Source: Psammoneis japonica (lineage: Eukaryota). Taken from it: a stretch of DNA of 64,000 nucleotides. The stretch lies in contig QPGO01000019.1 in the NCBI GenBank assembly GCA_008632985.1, positions 310,001 through 374,000 of the forward strand, given 5' to 3'. Of the stretch, positions 48,800-62,600 are shown in pieces (within the stretch, counting starts at the first letter, position 1; each line of letters starts with the position of its first letter). Made by a program: the position numbers and the translations under genes. The notes beneath the pieces were generated by a model. The model was not told the DNA's origin and made no database searches. It worked only from the letters and a program-made list of their open reading frames with translations.

Positions 48800-51700
48800 C
48801 AAACTTTCGATCGAAACACCACAGGAACCACAGCATTGCAGCCACAGACAGGCCTTCTGCTGCAGACTGCCAGCACTCAGCACTTGTTGATTCTCAGCTT
48901 GCAGGGTCAATCTTTGGTGAGCAGGACTTGCCTGTGTTGTGTGTGCAAACTGCCACGCAGCTGCTTTTGTGCTTTTGTGTGGAGTCATGCCAATCAGAAA
49001 ACAAAAACTGGCTCCAGCACAGCACTCAAAGGGGTTGTTTGTCATGTGCAGCTTCAAGCTGCCCCCCTCCACACATGATCATGTCAACAAATCATGTGGA
49101 TGGAGTGGCAGATGGTGATGGGAATGGTTGGCAAAAGTGAGTGACACAGCATGGAAACAGTGGCAGCTTGGTGTGGTGAAGGCAAGGCACACGACTGAGA
49201 CCAGTCAAGTTGCTTTCAGTGAATGTCAGGCAGAGCCTGATCTGCAAGCCGCACTGGTTGGTGGCATGACTGGTGCTCTGAAGGCCTGACCAAGACAGAG
49301 CAGTGAAGCAGTGCACAGCAGTGAAGCAGTGCACAGCACTGAAGCTGGGAGGGGTGATTGATGATGCATTTCAGTTCTGCAGCAGGAGGGAACCCATGGG
49401 ACAAAAGGCTGCAGAAGTCTGCACACCAAAAAAGAAAGAGGCAATTTGTTTTTGACACATGGCAAGCCTTCAAACTGGATGTCAAAACAACAGACAAGCT
49501 TGGGAGAACTTTGCCAACTCTCCAAAATGCAGCAGAAGCTGTGCATGTTCAAAAATGCCACAGGGGGGGGGGGTGCACGCAACTGCACCTTGCAAAAAAG
49601 ATGGCATGAGAGAAAGCTCACATGAGCACAGATTTGTGTGAGCTGCAAGTGTGCATGGACCATGTCACACAAGGGTGCAGCAAGCTCTTGCCGAAAGCTA
49701 AAAACTTGCCTGACTTCCAAACAGCCAAAGCCCCCAATGAGACAAAGCTTTGAAGTTTCTTTGCAACAATTTGACACAAAGCAAATGCATTGTCTGGTCT
49801 TGTTGCAGTTCCAAAACTTTGCACAAGGACAATGTTTGACTGGCAATCTGCAAAGAATTGGAGTTGACAGCAGATCACCCAGATGGGTTAACCTCTCACA
49901 TCTGAACAACCACAAAGTTCACAAAGCATGTCTGAATGATGTCAAGGTGTGACAATTGCTGCATTGAGCAGAGTTGATGCAAATGTGTTAAAAGCATTGG
50001 AGAACCTTGTTTGTGCATGAGAGTGCAAACAGCAGGGATGACCAACAAAGGAGCAGTGTCAGCATCTGATGCTGACAAGGCACATTGACACAAAGTCATG
50101 GCAGCAGAAGCTTTTCATCTTGTTGGGTGACTTTCAATTTTTTGTGTTTTGACACCTGGCTTTCAGTGGGTTGATTTTTAACAGAAAAATGTTGAAAAAA
50201 GCTGCAACTTTCATTGGGTTGAATGTCACAATTGGATTTCTGGAAATCCATTGAAAGTTTGTCAGAAGTGTGATGCAGAAGATCCAAGTCATCATGCTGT
50301 CATCAATTCATTGCGGCAAATTTTCAATTGGTGCTCCAAAAACAGCAGTTTGAAGCTGGCCTGTTGCTTCTGTTTTGTTGCTAGAACCATTTGGTTTGTT
50401 TTCTTGGTGCCAATGGTGTCAAATTTTGAGACAGTGGGCTCACTGTCACCATGGCAAAACTGTCACACTCCAAGTCTTTCAGTGGTTTGCAGTTGGCAAC
50501 AAGAAAAACTGCCCTTGGTTTTGGGTGTTGTGTGCTTTGTGATGCAACACGCACCCTGCTTGAGTTTGCTTTGCCATTGATTGAGGTGCCAATGACACCA
50601 GCTCTGACAGCCTCTGACTTTCTCAAAAAAATCTTTCAACAAAAATCCATGGAAAGATGTGGCTTTTGGCTTCAATGTTCAAAAGAAATTCACAGAAAGT
50701 CATGACTTTAAATGGACAAACTTTCAACAATTTTGGGCAGTGCTCATTGGCCTGAATCATGAGCACATGCGTGCTGCACACTGCACACACCTGCCTGCTC
50801 AAGCATCACAGAACAGAGGCAACAAGTTTGCATTTCCCATGAGCCATTCCTCTGTGCACAGAGTTTGTGAATTGCACACATGTCATCATGCATTTTCAAG
50901 TGTGCTGCATGACTGTGCACACAATTGATGCCTGCACTGCATTTGTGCGCAGTTTCACAACATTTTTGAAGCAGCTCCCAGCCAGGGGGCAGAGAGAACA
51001 GAAAATGCCTGGGCTTGCCTTGCACTGCATTTCATGTTTTTCCAGCCAGGCCTTAAAACATGCCTCTGGACAATGCGAAAGAAAGAGAGTGCACAAGAAT
51101 TTCCCAGCACTGAAACTTTTTCATTGACAATGTGTGTGCTGTCCAACACAACCTTCAAATTTTTTTGAAAATCTCAACAATCCAGCACACAGCACAGAGG
51201 CAGTTGTGAAGAAGTTGAGTCTGTGCCAGCACCTCATGATGTGTGTGACTGTGAGTGCAAAGCTCTGAGGATGATGGCACAAGCCAAAAATCACCATCTC
51301 TTTTTTTGTCACATCAACAGGAAGCAAGCAAAGCCACAGAACACATGTGCTGACACTTCCTTGAAAGTCAAGTGCAAAAGCAAGCACTTGCCAGAGGAGA
51401 GGCAGCACAGTGGTGCCACACAACCTGGGCCCAGTGCTGGATGGCTGAGCCAAAGTTGGGCACCCGTTGCTCTTGTGTGTGCTGTGGATTTTTTTGTTGC
51501 TGAGTGGGGTGGTGCCTTGTGACCATGCCACAACATTGTGGCTGGGTGCTGCTGCCAACTTTTGTGCCACTTCCCGCTGCTGCACTCACAGCAGCAAATG
51601 GCCATTGCAAAACTCTCCCATGTGGTGGAGAAAGCTCTCATTGGCAGAAAAGATGTGTGGACACACCTTGCCAGCAACACACGAGAGAGATCAAGGAGTC

Positions 51701-54700
51701 TTTTTTGCGTGAGACAAAAAAAACAAATTGGTTGCCACAGCTCTTGCCACTGCAACAACAGCTGCTTGCATCTCTTGAGATCTCTCACCTGGCTCATGTT
51801 GATGGAGTGGCAGATGTGTGTGTGGCAACATGGCATGGCAACAGCTGCAGCTTGGTGGAGCAAGGGCAAGGCATGCTGTGATGCCAGCCAAATTTCATTG
51901 AATGTTTGGCAGCCTGGGCTGCAAGGCTTCATCAGTTGATGGCTTGACTGATGACACTTTTTAAAAAGCCTGACCAAGAGGGAGCAGTGGAGTGGTGTGT
52001 GGCATTAAAGCCAGCAGGGGTGACAGATGATGCACTGACTCCAGCTCTGCAGCAGACAGCAAATCCACAGGACAAAGGGCCGCAGAAGTCCACGCCAACA
52101 GAGAGAGCCTTTAGACTTGAAAATCAAAATGACTTGTGAAGGCACACAGACTCATGTTCAGAAATGCTGAGTGTGCACAAAATTGCACCTTGCAAAAAAG
52201 AGGGCATGAGAGAAAATTCATGTGCAATGGCACAAATGTGTGCAGACCACATCACACACCACTGCTGGTGGTGCTGTGCATTTTAAGCAGCCAAAGCCAA
52301 AAGAAAACAAGCTTTTGGGGGAGGTCACCAAGAGCAAGACAAAGGCATCAAATGCAGACATGGTGGGTGGGTGGGGGGTTGGGGGCAAGGGGGTGGAGGA
52401 AGCAAAGGCTCATGGCAGAGTGGGAGGTGCTGCTGCCATGAGAGAGTGAAAGGAGTGAGGGGTTGGAAGAGGAGTTGGTTGGCCAATGGAGCCAAAGTGG
52501 TTGACAGTGAGCAAAACAATGCAGATGGCTGCTGTTTTGAAGTGGGCTGTCATGTTGGGTCCATGTGATGTTTGCTGTCATTGTGGCAATTGTCACACAT
52601 TCTGAGTCTCTGGGTTGTTTGCAGCTGGCATTAAGAATGGCTGCCTTTGGCTCAAGGTGGTCCTCAGTGTCACAAAATGCTGCAACACCTTCTTGAGTTT
52701 GGCTTGCCTCTCTTCAAGGTGCAAACAATGTCACATTGAAAGTCTCTGACTTTCAACAAAAGTCTGTTGAAAGATGACTTTCAGTGTCCCAACTTTCAAC
52801 AGAAATCCATTGAAAGATGTGGGCTTCATTGTTTCAACTTCCAACGGAAATCTGTGGAAAGTCACATCTTTCAATGGACCAAGAACTTCAAACTCTTTTG
52901 AGAGGTGTTTGTTGGCCTGAATCATGGCCACACATGTGTTGTGGGCAGAGCCACCTGTCTGTGCTCAAGCATTGCAGAACAGAGGCAATGGAACAGTTCA
53001 TGTCAGCCACTCCTCTACAATGCACTCTGGCAGACATGAGCTGGAATCCATGCAAAGCTTCTGGGCCAGCAGAATTCTGTGTGTGAGCTCTGCAGTGAAA
53101 TTGTCAGGTGACAAGCATGTTGATGATCGACAACAGAAAAAGAGGCAATTTTGCAAATGCACAAACTCATCCATGCTTGAAGTGCACCAGCTCTTGTTCA
53201 CCCCCCAGTGCACTCTTTAAACATCAAAGAACATGTGTTTGAGCCAAGCCAACACATTTGTGCATGTTGCAAAACAGGGAGCATGACACAATTTTGCATG
53301 AGAGCACACGAAGAAATGCACATGCATGCATGACGTGCAGTGCATGATCAAACAATGTTCATTTCACAGCCATGCTGGCACTGCAAGCTCCTGCCTGGAG
53401 GGCTGACATGGGAGTGCATGCCACACACAAAGTTTGTGAACTGAAAATGTGAAAATGATGCATCTTCAAGTGTGTTGGCGGTGCATGGCTGGTGTGTGCA
53501 CAATGACTGCCTGCATTGCATGTGCAGCAAAAACTCCCACCAGCCAGGCAGAAAAAAATGTCAGGCTTGCACCTTGCACATTGTCTCATTTCATGTTTTT
53601 CCAACCAAGCCGTTGAAACATGCATCTGGACAATGTGGAAAAGAGCACATGGCAGCTGTGTGGTGCCAAAATGTTGTCATTGACAATGTGCCAGAGCCAG
53701 CTGGTGCACCCTGCAATTCTTTGGGCCAGTGCACAACACAAACAGCCAAGGAGAAATTGTCCAGTCTGTGCTGCCAGAGCACCTCTCACATGTGTGGCTG
53801 TTGGTGCAAAGAAGCTGAGAATCTTGCAAGCAAACCCAAGTGAAAACAAAAGAACACTCCTTGTGCTGCCACAGCTCTCATCCCAATGGTGCTTGCTGGT
53901 TGTTGCATTGGCACCAGGCAGCAGGATGGAGAACTTTGAGTTGCTTTTTGAGCAAACCACAGATTTTGCTGTTGCAGCAAGTCTGGCATGCTGGAGAGAA
54001 CACAGAGCTGTTGGATCAACCTGAGGGACAGCCAATCACTTTTTGTGCCACTGCAGAGACCACACAACACCATGTGTGTTGGCAAAAGGGGCTTCTTGAA
54101 AAGGAAAATGCAAGGGGCAATGCTGAGGAGAGTGGTGCCAAGTCAGAGCCTTGGAGATGATTGATTGCACAAATCTGGTTGTTGCTCCATGGGTGATGGA
54201 GAACTCCAAACATGTCCAGAACAAACAAACAGAGAGGATGTGAAATGCAGAGTTCATTGTGCTTGATGATGTGGCCTCAGTTTCCCCACAAAAAAGAAAG
54301 CATGACAAAAAGCAAGAAAAGTGCAGTTTGACATTGTCTGCAACAAAAGGTCTTGGTGCTGTGGTTTCACAAAAACAGTCTGGCACCACCAGCTGGCTTC
54401 TCCTTTGAGCAAGAAAAGTGATTTCTGGACATTTTGGTTGCAACAGCAGGTCAGCTGTGGCCTCACTTGAGTTGCTCTGCCAATGTCACCAGAATTTCTG
54501 GTGAATCAGGAATGTTCACCCAAGCCACCAGCAATTCTCCAATGTCTGTCTCTTGTCTTTGCACATGTCTGGAGAGGAGACAGGAGGGGGGGTGGTCTGA
54601 GGCAACACTCTGAGCTGACCCATCTTGCTCAGTGGAACTTGACTGAAATGTGGCCCCTCAATGTCTGTGGTCTGCTGTGAACAAGGGACAGACCAGCGTG

Positions 54701-56250
54701 CCGCCCTCCCACTGGGGATGCCTGGAGCTGATCTGGGACAAAAGGATGCAAGATCCCCCCCAGCGCAGCAATGGGTTGCCCGCACCACTGAGATGCTCAT
54801 TCTCACATCAATGCAGCCACATGCATCTGAGCACAGCTTTTGCCACTTGCCAAGCCAGTCTTGATGAGATCCCACAGAGCATCACTTTGGCTTCTTTTCT
54901 TTGCCAGCCAGCCTGTTGTGTGAAAATGATGACATTGCCAAAGGCAAGGCTTGAGATGCTTGCACTTTTTCTCATGTTTGTGGTTCTGGCATCTTGGATG
55001 GGCGTGACTTCATGCCCGCATCTGGGGTCATCATGCAGCAAGCCACATCTGCCACCAAGCCCCTCCTTCTCCCCAAAATCTCATGGCTGGAACATCTCTC
55101 CATGGCTGCCATTCTTGGGCTTGTTGGTGTTTGTGTTGCCCAAGGAACTGTTGGAATTGCTTGGGCTTTCCAAGATGTGACTGGCAGGGTTGACAAGAGG
55201 TTCGCTGCGTGTGCAGAAAGGCCTGCAAGCCTTTCTCCAGCTGCTGGGTCATCATTGGGTTGGCCATTGCGCAGCACACTTTGTCATGTCATGAGACAAC
55301 TGGGCCACCCTTCTTGCACTGAAGAGCACGGTTGATGATGAAGAATTTACACCTGCGCCCATCACAGCACTTGCTGAGGTCTGGTGGAGCATCATCGTGC
55401 CACAAGTGAAGAACGTCTCGCAGAATTGTTGGGACAAGAGCTCTGTGCTGTTCAGCAGTGCCATTGGTGTGCTGACAGCCAAGCTCCAGCTTTGGTGCCA
55501 TGCTTGACAGCTCTGGCCATGAGGTTGGGTGGAGTCCTGAGAATTGTTTTGAGGGTCTCCTGATCTGCTTTTGCTTTCTGCTCAGCTGCTTCTCATTTCA
55601 CTTTGGGTGAGGTGCATGCAGACCTTGGCATTTTGTGCACACAAAGCTTGTCAGTGTCTGAGCATTTCCTTTGCTTTGAATGCTGGGGAGTGGTCATGCG
55701 GCACATGAAGAGTCGTCATGTCCAGTGTCATTTCACAAAACAAGCTCTTGGGGGGGGGCACTGACCATCGTGGCCGTGTTGCAAGCAAAAAATTTGGTGG
55801 TTGTCAGTTTGCAATGACGTGTTTGTGGCTGCACAAGTGAGTGAAAGTTCTGGCATGTGACACAGCACGCTGCAGTGTGGACACTGGTGTTGGTCTGGCG
55901 CCGTCTGGTTGGCTCTGTCAGATTGGCCATCAGTCCAAGATGCATGTGCACCACTCAACTCATGCAAAAGGGCAGTGAGTCATCATGTGTGACAGTCAAA
56001 TTGATGCAAACTCACCATTTGTTGCACACGCAAGATCTGCGAACTCATGTTGCATCCGAATGCTCTGTGACAAGTTGCAAATCGATGCAGGCTCATCATG
56101 CAACGCACATGTGACTTTGACAGACGGGCCACTTCCGTCACAGACTTGTGGCTTGGATGTGAAGCACGGTGAAATTCAGAACAAATCATGCAAATCACGA
56201 GCCATTCGGCCGAATTCGAGCTAAAAAAGTAGCAAATGACCCCCCTTAAC
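48800..56250. mobile_element. Stacked copies of an unclassified degenerate repeat family, TpA- and CpG-depleted
   Basis: Direct similarity between 49090-49640 and 51795-52230, and between 50600-51450 and 52740-54150. Confidence 0.65.
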
Positions 56251-56649
56251 AGTCACACACACACACACACTCAGTCAGTCACTCACTCAGTCACAAATGC
56301 CGGTGGTCAGTGAAATCAATCATCGAGGACATGCATTGATTGTGTGTAGGGCTCTATGAAATATAAGTTGGTACCGGCATTTATTGCTGAATATTCTCTA
56401 TTTTCCAATTTTTGCACCATAGCTACACTACTGTATGTACTGTACTTGTACTACCGTACACCTGCGTACGGTATGTACGTACTGATTCGTATGGTAGCCC
56501 CCCATACGTGCGAGTTCTTAGCCTAAAAATGTCTTGTCTGAGATGCGATGCTTGTTTCGTTTTTGCGATTTGCGAGGAGACTTCTTGTCACCCTCACTCG
56601 CCCCACATGGAACATTGATCATTACATTGTCTGTTTTTGCATCGCTGAA

Positions 56650-59600
56650 ATGAGTGCAGTCTTTGAAGCGATCAGCTTGACTATCCGGGTATGCACCGAT
56701 ATCTACCAGTCTTATGAAACAGTCAAAATTCTGCCGGATTTGGCCAAGAGTCTCGCGGATCGGGTACAACTTTTTAAGCCACGACTCCACCAACTATTGG
56801 AACGCAAGCCCCGGTCAGACCATGTCGATCCTCTTCCACACATCCGCGCACTGCAGAAGATATTGGGTGAGATCAAGATATACATGGAGAAGCTCAAAGA
56901 TGATTCGGCATTGAGAAAGGCGAAGAATCACATCTTTTATCGCGGTCTCCTCAAGGACTATGAAAACCTCAACTTCAAACTCGATCGATGTCGTGGAGAT
57001 CTCAAATTTGACTTCGAGTTTGACCAGGACGCAGAAAGGGGTGCGTTTGAGGATGAGACTAAAGGTCTTCTCCAGTGCATCGTCGAGCAGCATGAAGAGC
57101 AAGGTGTAGAGCAGCGTTTCATGCGCGAGATGCTGACAGAAATCCTTCAATTCATCAGACACCACAGCAATCTCGGTCTCACACGACGCAGTAGCCCGTC
57201 CATTGAGGCGGCGACTGCATTTCTTTTTGACGATAGTGACAGTGGAGATCTCACTTCTGTCGTCAACGACCAGATCGCTCGTGAGTACGAAATAGCGGCG
57301 TCGGCGATCGAGGTCCAAGATTGGGTCATCGGGCGAGGCACCTTCGGTCTCGTTTACAAGGCGATATACAAGAATCAATATGTCGCCGTTAAGAGGCCGC
57401 ATATGCAAGATGCAGATATTGTGGAGGAGCTCATAAGCCAAGCAAGATGTCGCAGCTCAATCTTTGTTGCCACAGTTTATGGCTTCAGCAACATCAACGG
57501 GACTCTCTCCATTGTTATGGAGTACGCACCATGTGGTTCGCTGACAAGCCTGCTACGTGCATCATCTGGTAATGATGGACACTTATCCGCCAAAACCGTC
57601 TCAGGAAGCCTTCAGGCTACACTTCCTTCCAGCGTAGTGATCCAACTTCTTCACAAGGTAGCTCTTGGAATAGAGTTTATTCATCAACGGAGGATCATCC
57701 ATAGGGACGTGAAGCCAGACAACATTCTTTTGGGACGCGATCTCAACCCCAAGCTAACGGATTTTGGATCTGCTCGAGAGCTCACGGAAAGTGCAACTCA
57801 CGTGACGGGATCCGCTGCAGGATCCATCTACTACATGGCGCCTGAAGCATTGATTATCCTTCAACGCGGCGAAGGTCGGTATACGTACACTGTCGACCAG
57901 TACAGTTTTGGTGCTGTCATTGTTGTATCCTGCCATCGATTATTTGGTGGCCCTCAGACTCGTCGTCGCTCGCCATTCAAGGACGACCCTCTCCCTAATG
58001 CATTTCCAAGACTTCTTTCTGAAATTAAGGATAGGTGCATGTCGGAAAATCCTCGTGATCGCTATGGCCGTGGCAGCACCTCCGAGGCTCTTGTGTCAAG
58101 AGCAATGGAGGATATGATATCAGGGGGGAACAGCAACATATCTTCTCCAATCCATGATGGCTTTCATGGTATGGATGTTACGGCCGTCGCCAATGTGGCC
58201 AGGTTTTCGTTTGAGAATCGGACACAACAAGGAAAGCCCAGCAGCACTAGTGTGTCCACACCACTTCGTCCGATAGCTCCCAAAGAATCAACGAATGAGG
58301 GACTTCCTAGTCTCGCTACTGCTTCGTCGTTATCGCTGTCCTCATCAATGGGCAAGACGGCCTTTGAGAATCATACACAGCAAGGAATGCTCAGTAGCAC
58401 TAGTGTGTCCACACCACTTCGCCCGACAGCTCCCAGAGAATCAACGAATGACGGACTGCCCAGTCTCGCTATTGCTTCTTCGTTACCGCCGTCCTCATCA
58501 ATGGACAAGACGGCTTTTGAGAATCAGACGCAACAAGGAGTGGTCAGTAGCACCAGTGTGTCCACACCACTTCGTCCGACAGCTCCTAGAGATTCAACGA
58601 ATGAGGGATTGCCTAGCCTCGCTAATGCTTCGCCGCTACCGCCGTCCTCATCAATGGGCCCGACAGCTACTTCCGTATTGCCACTGGCACGTGCACCCAC
58701 GCAAAACATGGAATCAACAAACGCCTCATCTGCTTATTTTGGGGCTGCCCAAGATGAAGAAGAAAGGAATGGAAACAAGTGCATCTCGTTTCTATCCGCA
58801 AGAAAGAAATATGTCGGCATGATCATTGCAGCGTTGGTTGTAATCGTCGCGGCTGTTGTAGTCGTTGTTAGGGTCAGCCAGAACAATGAGCCGGCCTCCT
58901 CATCCTTCGTGTCTTCTCCCACCCCGCTTCCCACCGAAATGCAGTTTTCAATGTCGTTTCCTTTCCGGCGGTTGGAAACTGACAATATTCGTAGTGAAAA
59001 GGCTCATGGAGCCTGTCTCAAAACTGTGCACACCAATGAGACTCTTTGGATAGCGCTACCTGTTTGGCAAAGTAAGTCGGGCCTCTATCGCTCTCTGAGG
59101 TCGATTTTAACACAGCGTGACGCTGGGTACAACGCGATTCATATCATCATCTTTGGAGGCAACTTGGCACAGGAGCTGTCAGATGAAGAAAAGAAGGATG
59201 TCGAAAATGAAATGAATAATTCTGCAGAATTTGTGTTGGCCGCGCATCTGACGTTTCTCAAAGATTCTAATCCCGCATTATCTAGAGGGGGGGCCTATGG
59301 GATTTGGTTTATGCTTTCATGGATTCGACAACGGGCACTTCCCCATGATTACGTCCTCATGCTCTCTGAAGGAGATTCACTGGTAGATGAAAAGGGTCTA
59401 AGCCGGATTCGGCTCCGTCTTCTTCGCGAAAAGCCTTGGTTTGCGAGCGAACAAAGCAACACAAGAAACTCGAGAAGGTGCCGAAAAATTATCCCTAGCG
59501 ATGCGAACCAGTTTCTACGTTGCCATCCACGAACCATTTTCATGTCACACCTGCTGAGCCACCTTGGCCGACAAGATTTTCAGGATGGTAATGGTTCGTG

Positions 59601-62600
59601 GCTCCAAATGGATGCAGACCAGCCATTTTTGCGAAAGATAATGGATCTTGCCGGCCCCAGTCACTCGTCATATTTTGGTGAACACCTATCTGATACTGCA
59701 TCTGCTGCTTTACAGTTTTCCACGCCTGCCGTCAATAGTAAAGATACCGGTTGGCACGAAATGAGCCCGGGTCCCCACTTCCCTGAGATTATCCATGTTG
59801 TGTCGTGCGTGTTCGACAGAATTAACACACGCGAGTTTTTGAGTCGTTTATTGCAGTCCGAGTTGGAATCAGGTTTTGTGTTGCATATCCATATTTGCAA
59901 CAACAAGAGTGATAGGCAAACTGAGCTAGAGCAACTGGCGGCGGCATCGAAAAAAGAAAACGATAGTTCACACGAAGTTTTTGTGCATAATATGGAACAC
60001 GATCTCGGTGGGTATTCTCGTTTTCTCCTGGCACGTCGCATTCAACGAAAGGAGTTTGTCGACTATGTAATAATGATCGACGATGACCAGTATGTCACCA
60101 AAACCACGATAGCCGAGATATTTAGCCATCGTGAACCACAAACGTACAAGGCATGGTATGGCAAGAACTGGAAACGTTTTGAAACATCCTATTGGATTCC
60201 AGAAGCAGAAGTTGTGAATACAGACGACCCAGAATATCCATTTAACCATTATCCGGACGTTACTACCTGGCAGTATGGCGCAGCAGGAATGTCCATCATA
60301 GACGCCGCAATCTTCATGAGCACTGAGCTTTTCGAGATAGAGCGGAAATACGTCTTCCTTGAAGATATGTGGTTATCCCATGTTGTGCAGGTTTCAGGAT
60401 GGTCGATTGAACGCCTCTTTGTCGTGTTTGAAGTCTACTCTGCCAGTTCTCAAATGAACCAGTGGAAGGACGTGGAAGACTTGAAAGATGAGTTTTTTGC
60501 AAAGTTAGGCTTTCTTGCTTGTAGCAAATCGCAGTCGTCATCACGAATTGACCGCCGGAAAGCGAGTCCGACCCAAAACGCAGTTTCACCCACTACCTGC
60601 TGTCCGGTCCTCTCAACGTGTACGGTGTGCGGTGGCGTTGGAGCGGTTCCAATTAAAAAGCCAGAAAGGTGTGACATATGCCCCGACGGCCAGTACATTT
60701 CGTACAAGGAACCGAACGAAACCGGTTGTGCCCTGTGCCCAAAAGCCGCGCCAAAGGAACCATGTGGCTCAGCTCAAGATCTGACGGACTGGTTGGTGTT
60801 GGAAGGTGGTCGAAATGGAGTCTCGAGGTCTCATCCCGTCTGCCCCCAAGCCGTCCGCAATCGCATTCACGTGGTGATTCCCTTTTACAATGTCGACGCT
60901 GAAACATTGGACGCGGCTTTTCGCTCGGTTGAGAAACAGAATTATCCAGCTGAAAAGGCGGCCATTTGGCTGTTTGATGATGCTTCAACGAGATACGATA
61001 GTTTCATTGGTCTCTGTGGGCGGGATACCCTTGTTGAGTTCACACCACCATCCAACGGCGGAGACAAGTCTGATCGGCAATTTGCGTCAAAGACTCTAGA
61101 AGGGGTTGTGGCACCTGGTGGCATGCCGTTGCCCGTTTGTTTGCGCTCCACGTCACATCTTGGTCCTGGAGGTGCAAAATACTGGGCATTTGTGTTTGTG
61201 GATGCAATAGCCGAGCCAAACGACCTGGTGATGGTTCTTGACGGAGATGATGAACTTCATGTGGTGAATGCGCTGCAGATCATAAACAACAAATACATTG
61301 ATGACGGTGTTTGGTGTACCTACGGCTCTTCTGTCGGGAAATACTCTGCCCAGACCAAGCCAATACCTGGAATATTCAGAAGCGGTCACGAGCCGTTTCT
61401 GCCTCGCCAGGAGATGCCAACCAATTCGTGGCGATACGGCCATCCTCACACTTTCAAGGCGCATTTGCTAAGACATATACTTCGAAAGGACTTCACCTAT
61501 AGTGACGGTAGCTGGTTGCTCAAGGCGACCGATCGCGGTTACGTGTACCGGATGCTTGAGCTGTCGGGAGCCGACCGCGTCGGATACATACCAGAACGGA
61601 TCTACAAGTACAAGTACTCGAAACTCACCTCCACATTGGCTTCCGTCCCACCAGAGACAAGGGCGTCACATCTACAGCATGTCTTGGATCTTGCTCCCTC
61701 CAGCAGACTCGTCCTGACGCTCCACATTGTTTTGGTTTGTTGGGGACGCATATTTCTACTCAAGGATCAGTTGATCTTTTTGCAGGATCAAACAGGACTC
61801 TTTGGACGGCAACTTGAGGTTCATGTAGTCAACAACAACATTGAGAAAAGAAATGAGGTTGAAGAAATGGTTATGAGCTTCAGACGTTGGCAGCAGTCGG
61901 CCTCCCTAAAGCCAGGTTTCCTGCCTTTATCAGTAGTGCTCGTTCACAATGAAGTGAATTGGCATGCCTTTTCCCGATTTGTGTATGTGGACGAACTGCG
62001 AAAAAGAGAGCCACTGGACTACGTGGTTTTTGTAGATGATGATCAATACTGGATGCCGCACTTCGTCTCGTCTCTTGTTGGCAAACACAAACCCAAAGGA
62101 ATGACAACCTGGTACGGGAAGAAATTTGAATTTCGGGACAATAACGGTCTTGCTGACTACTGGAAGTCAGCCATTACTTGGACCGACATTTTGAAGTCGG
62201 ACAAGCCGTCAGTGTCAACGTTTACGTACGGTGGACCAGGAGGATCAATTATTGATGGTAATTTGTGGCTTCTGGACAACCAGTTACTACGTCTCAAGAC
62301 GGATCTTTCGATGTTTCACAAGTACGATGACATCTGGGTATCGTACATTATGGATGGCCTTTTAGGATGGGAAGTTCGGCGCCTCTTGACTCCAGTGTGC
62401 GTCGATATTGCTAACGTTCACACAAGCTTTTATGCTAAAAATGTTCTCATGCTCGTGGAAGAAAAGCCGCTCGCACGTCTCATGGAAATCAATGCACAAC
62501 TGCGGAATGAGATTAAGGCCGTGGCCACATGGGAGTCGGCCAAGATCGACAAGAAGCACATGTTTCAGGTGATGCAACTGCGCTTTGCCTGGGATGTAAC

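Noticed and set aside
45776..56250. One large TTAA-flanked transposon from TCAAGGGGGG (45776) to CCCCCCTTAA (56250) carrying the kinase-like gene
   Set aside because: The inverted similarity does not extend beyond about 10 bp.
56252..56295. (CA)n and (TCAG/TCAC)n microsatellite
   Set aside because: Ordinary simple repeat at a TE edge.
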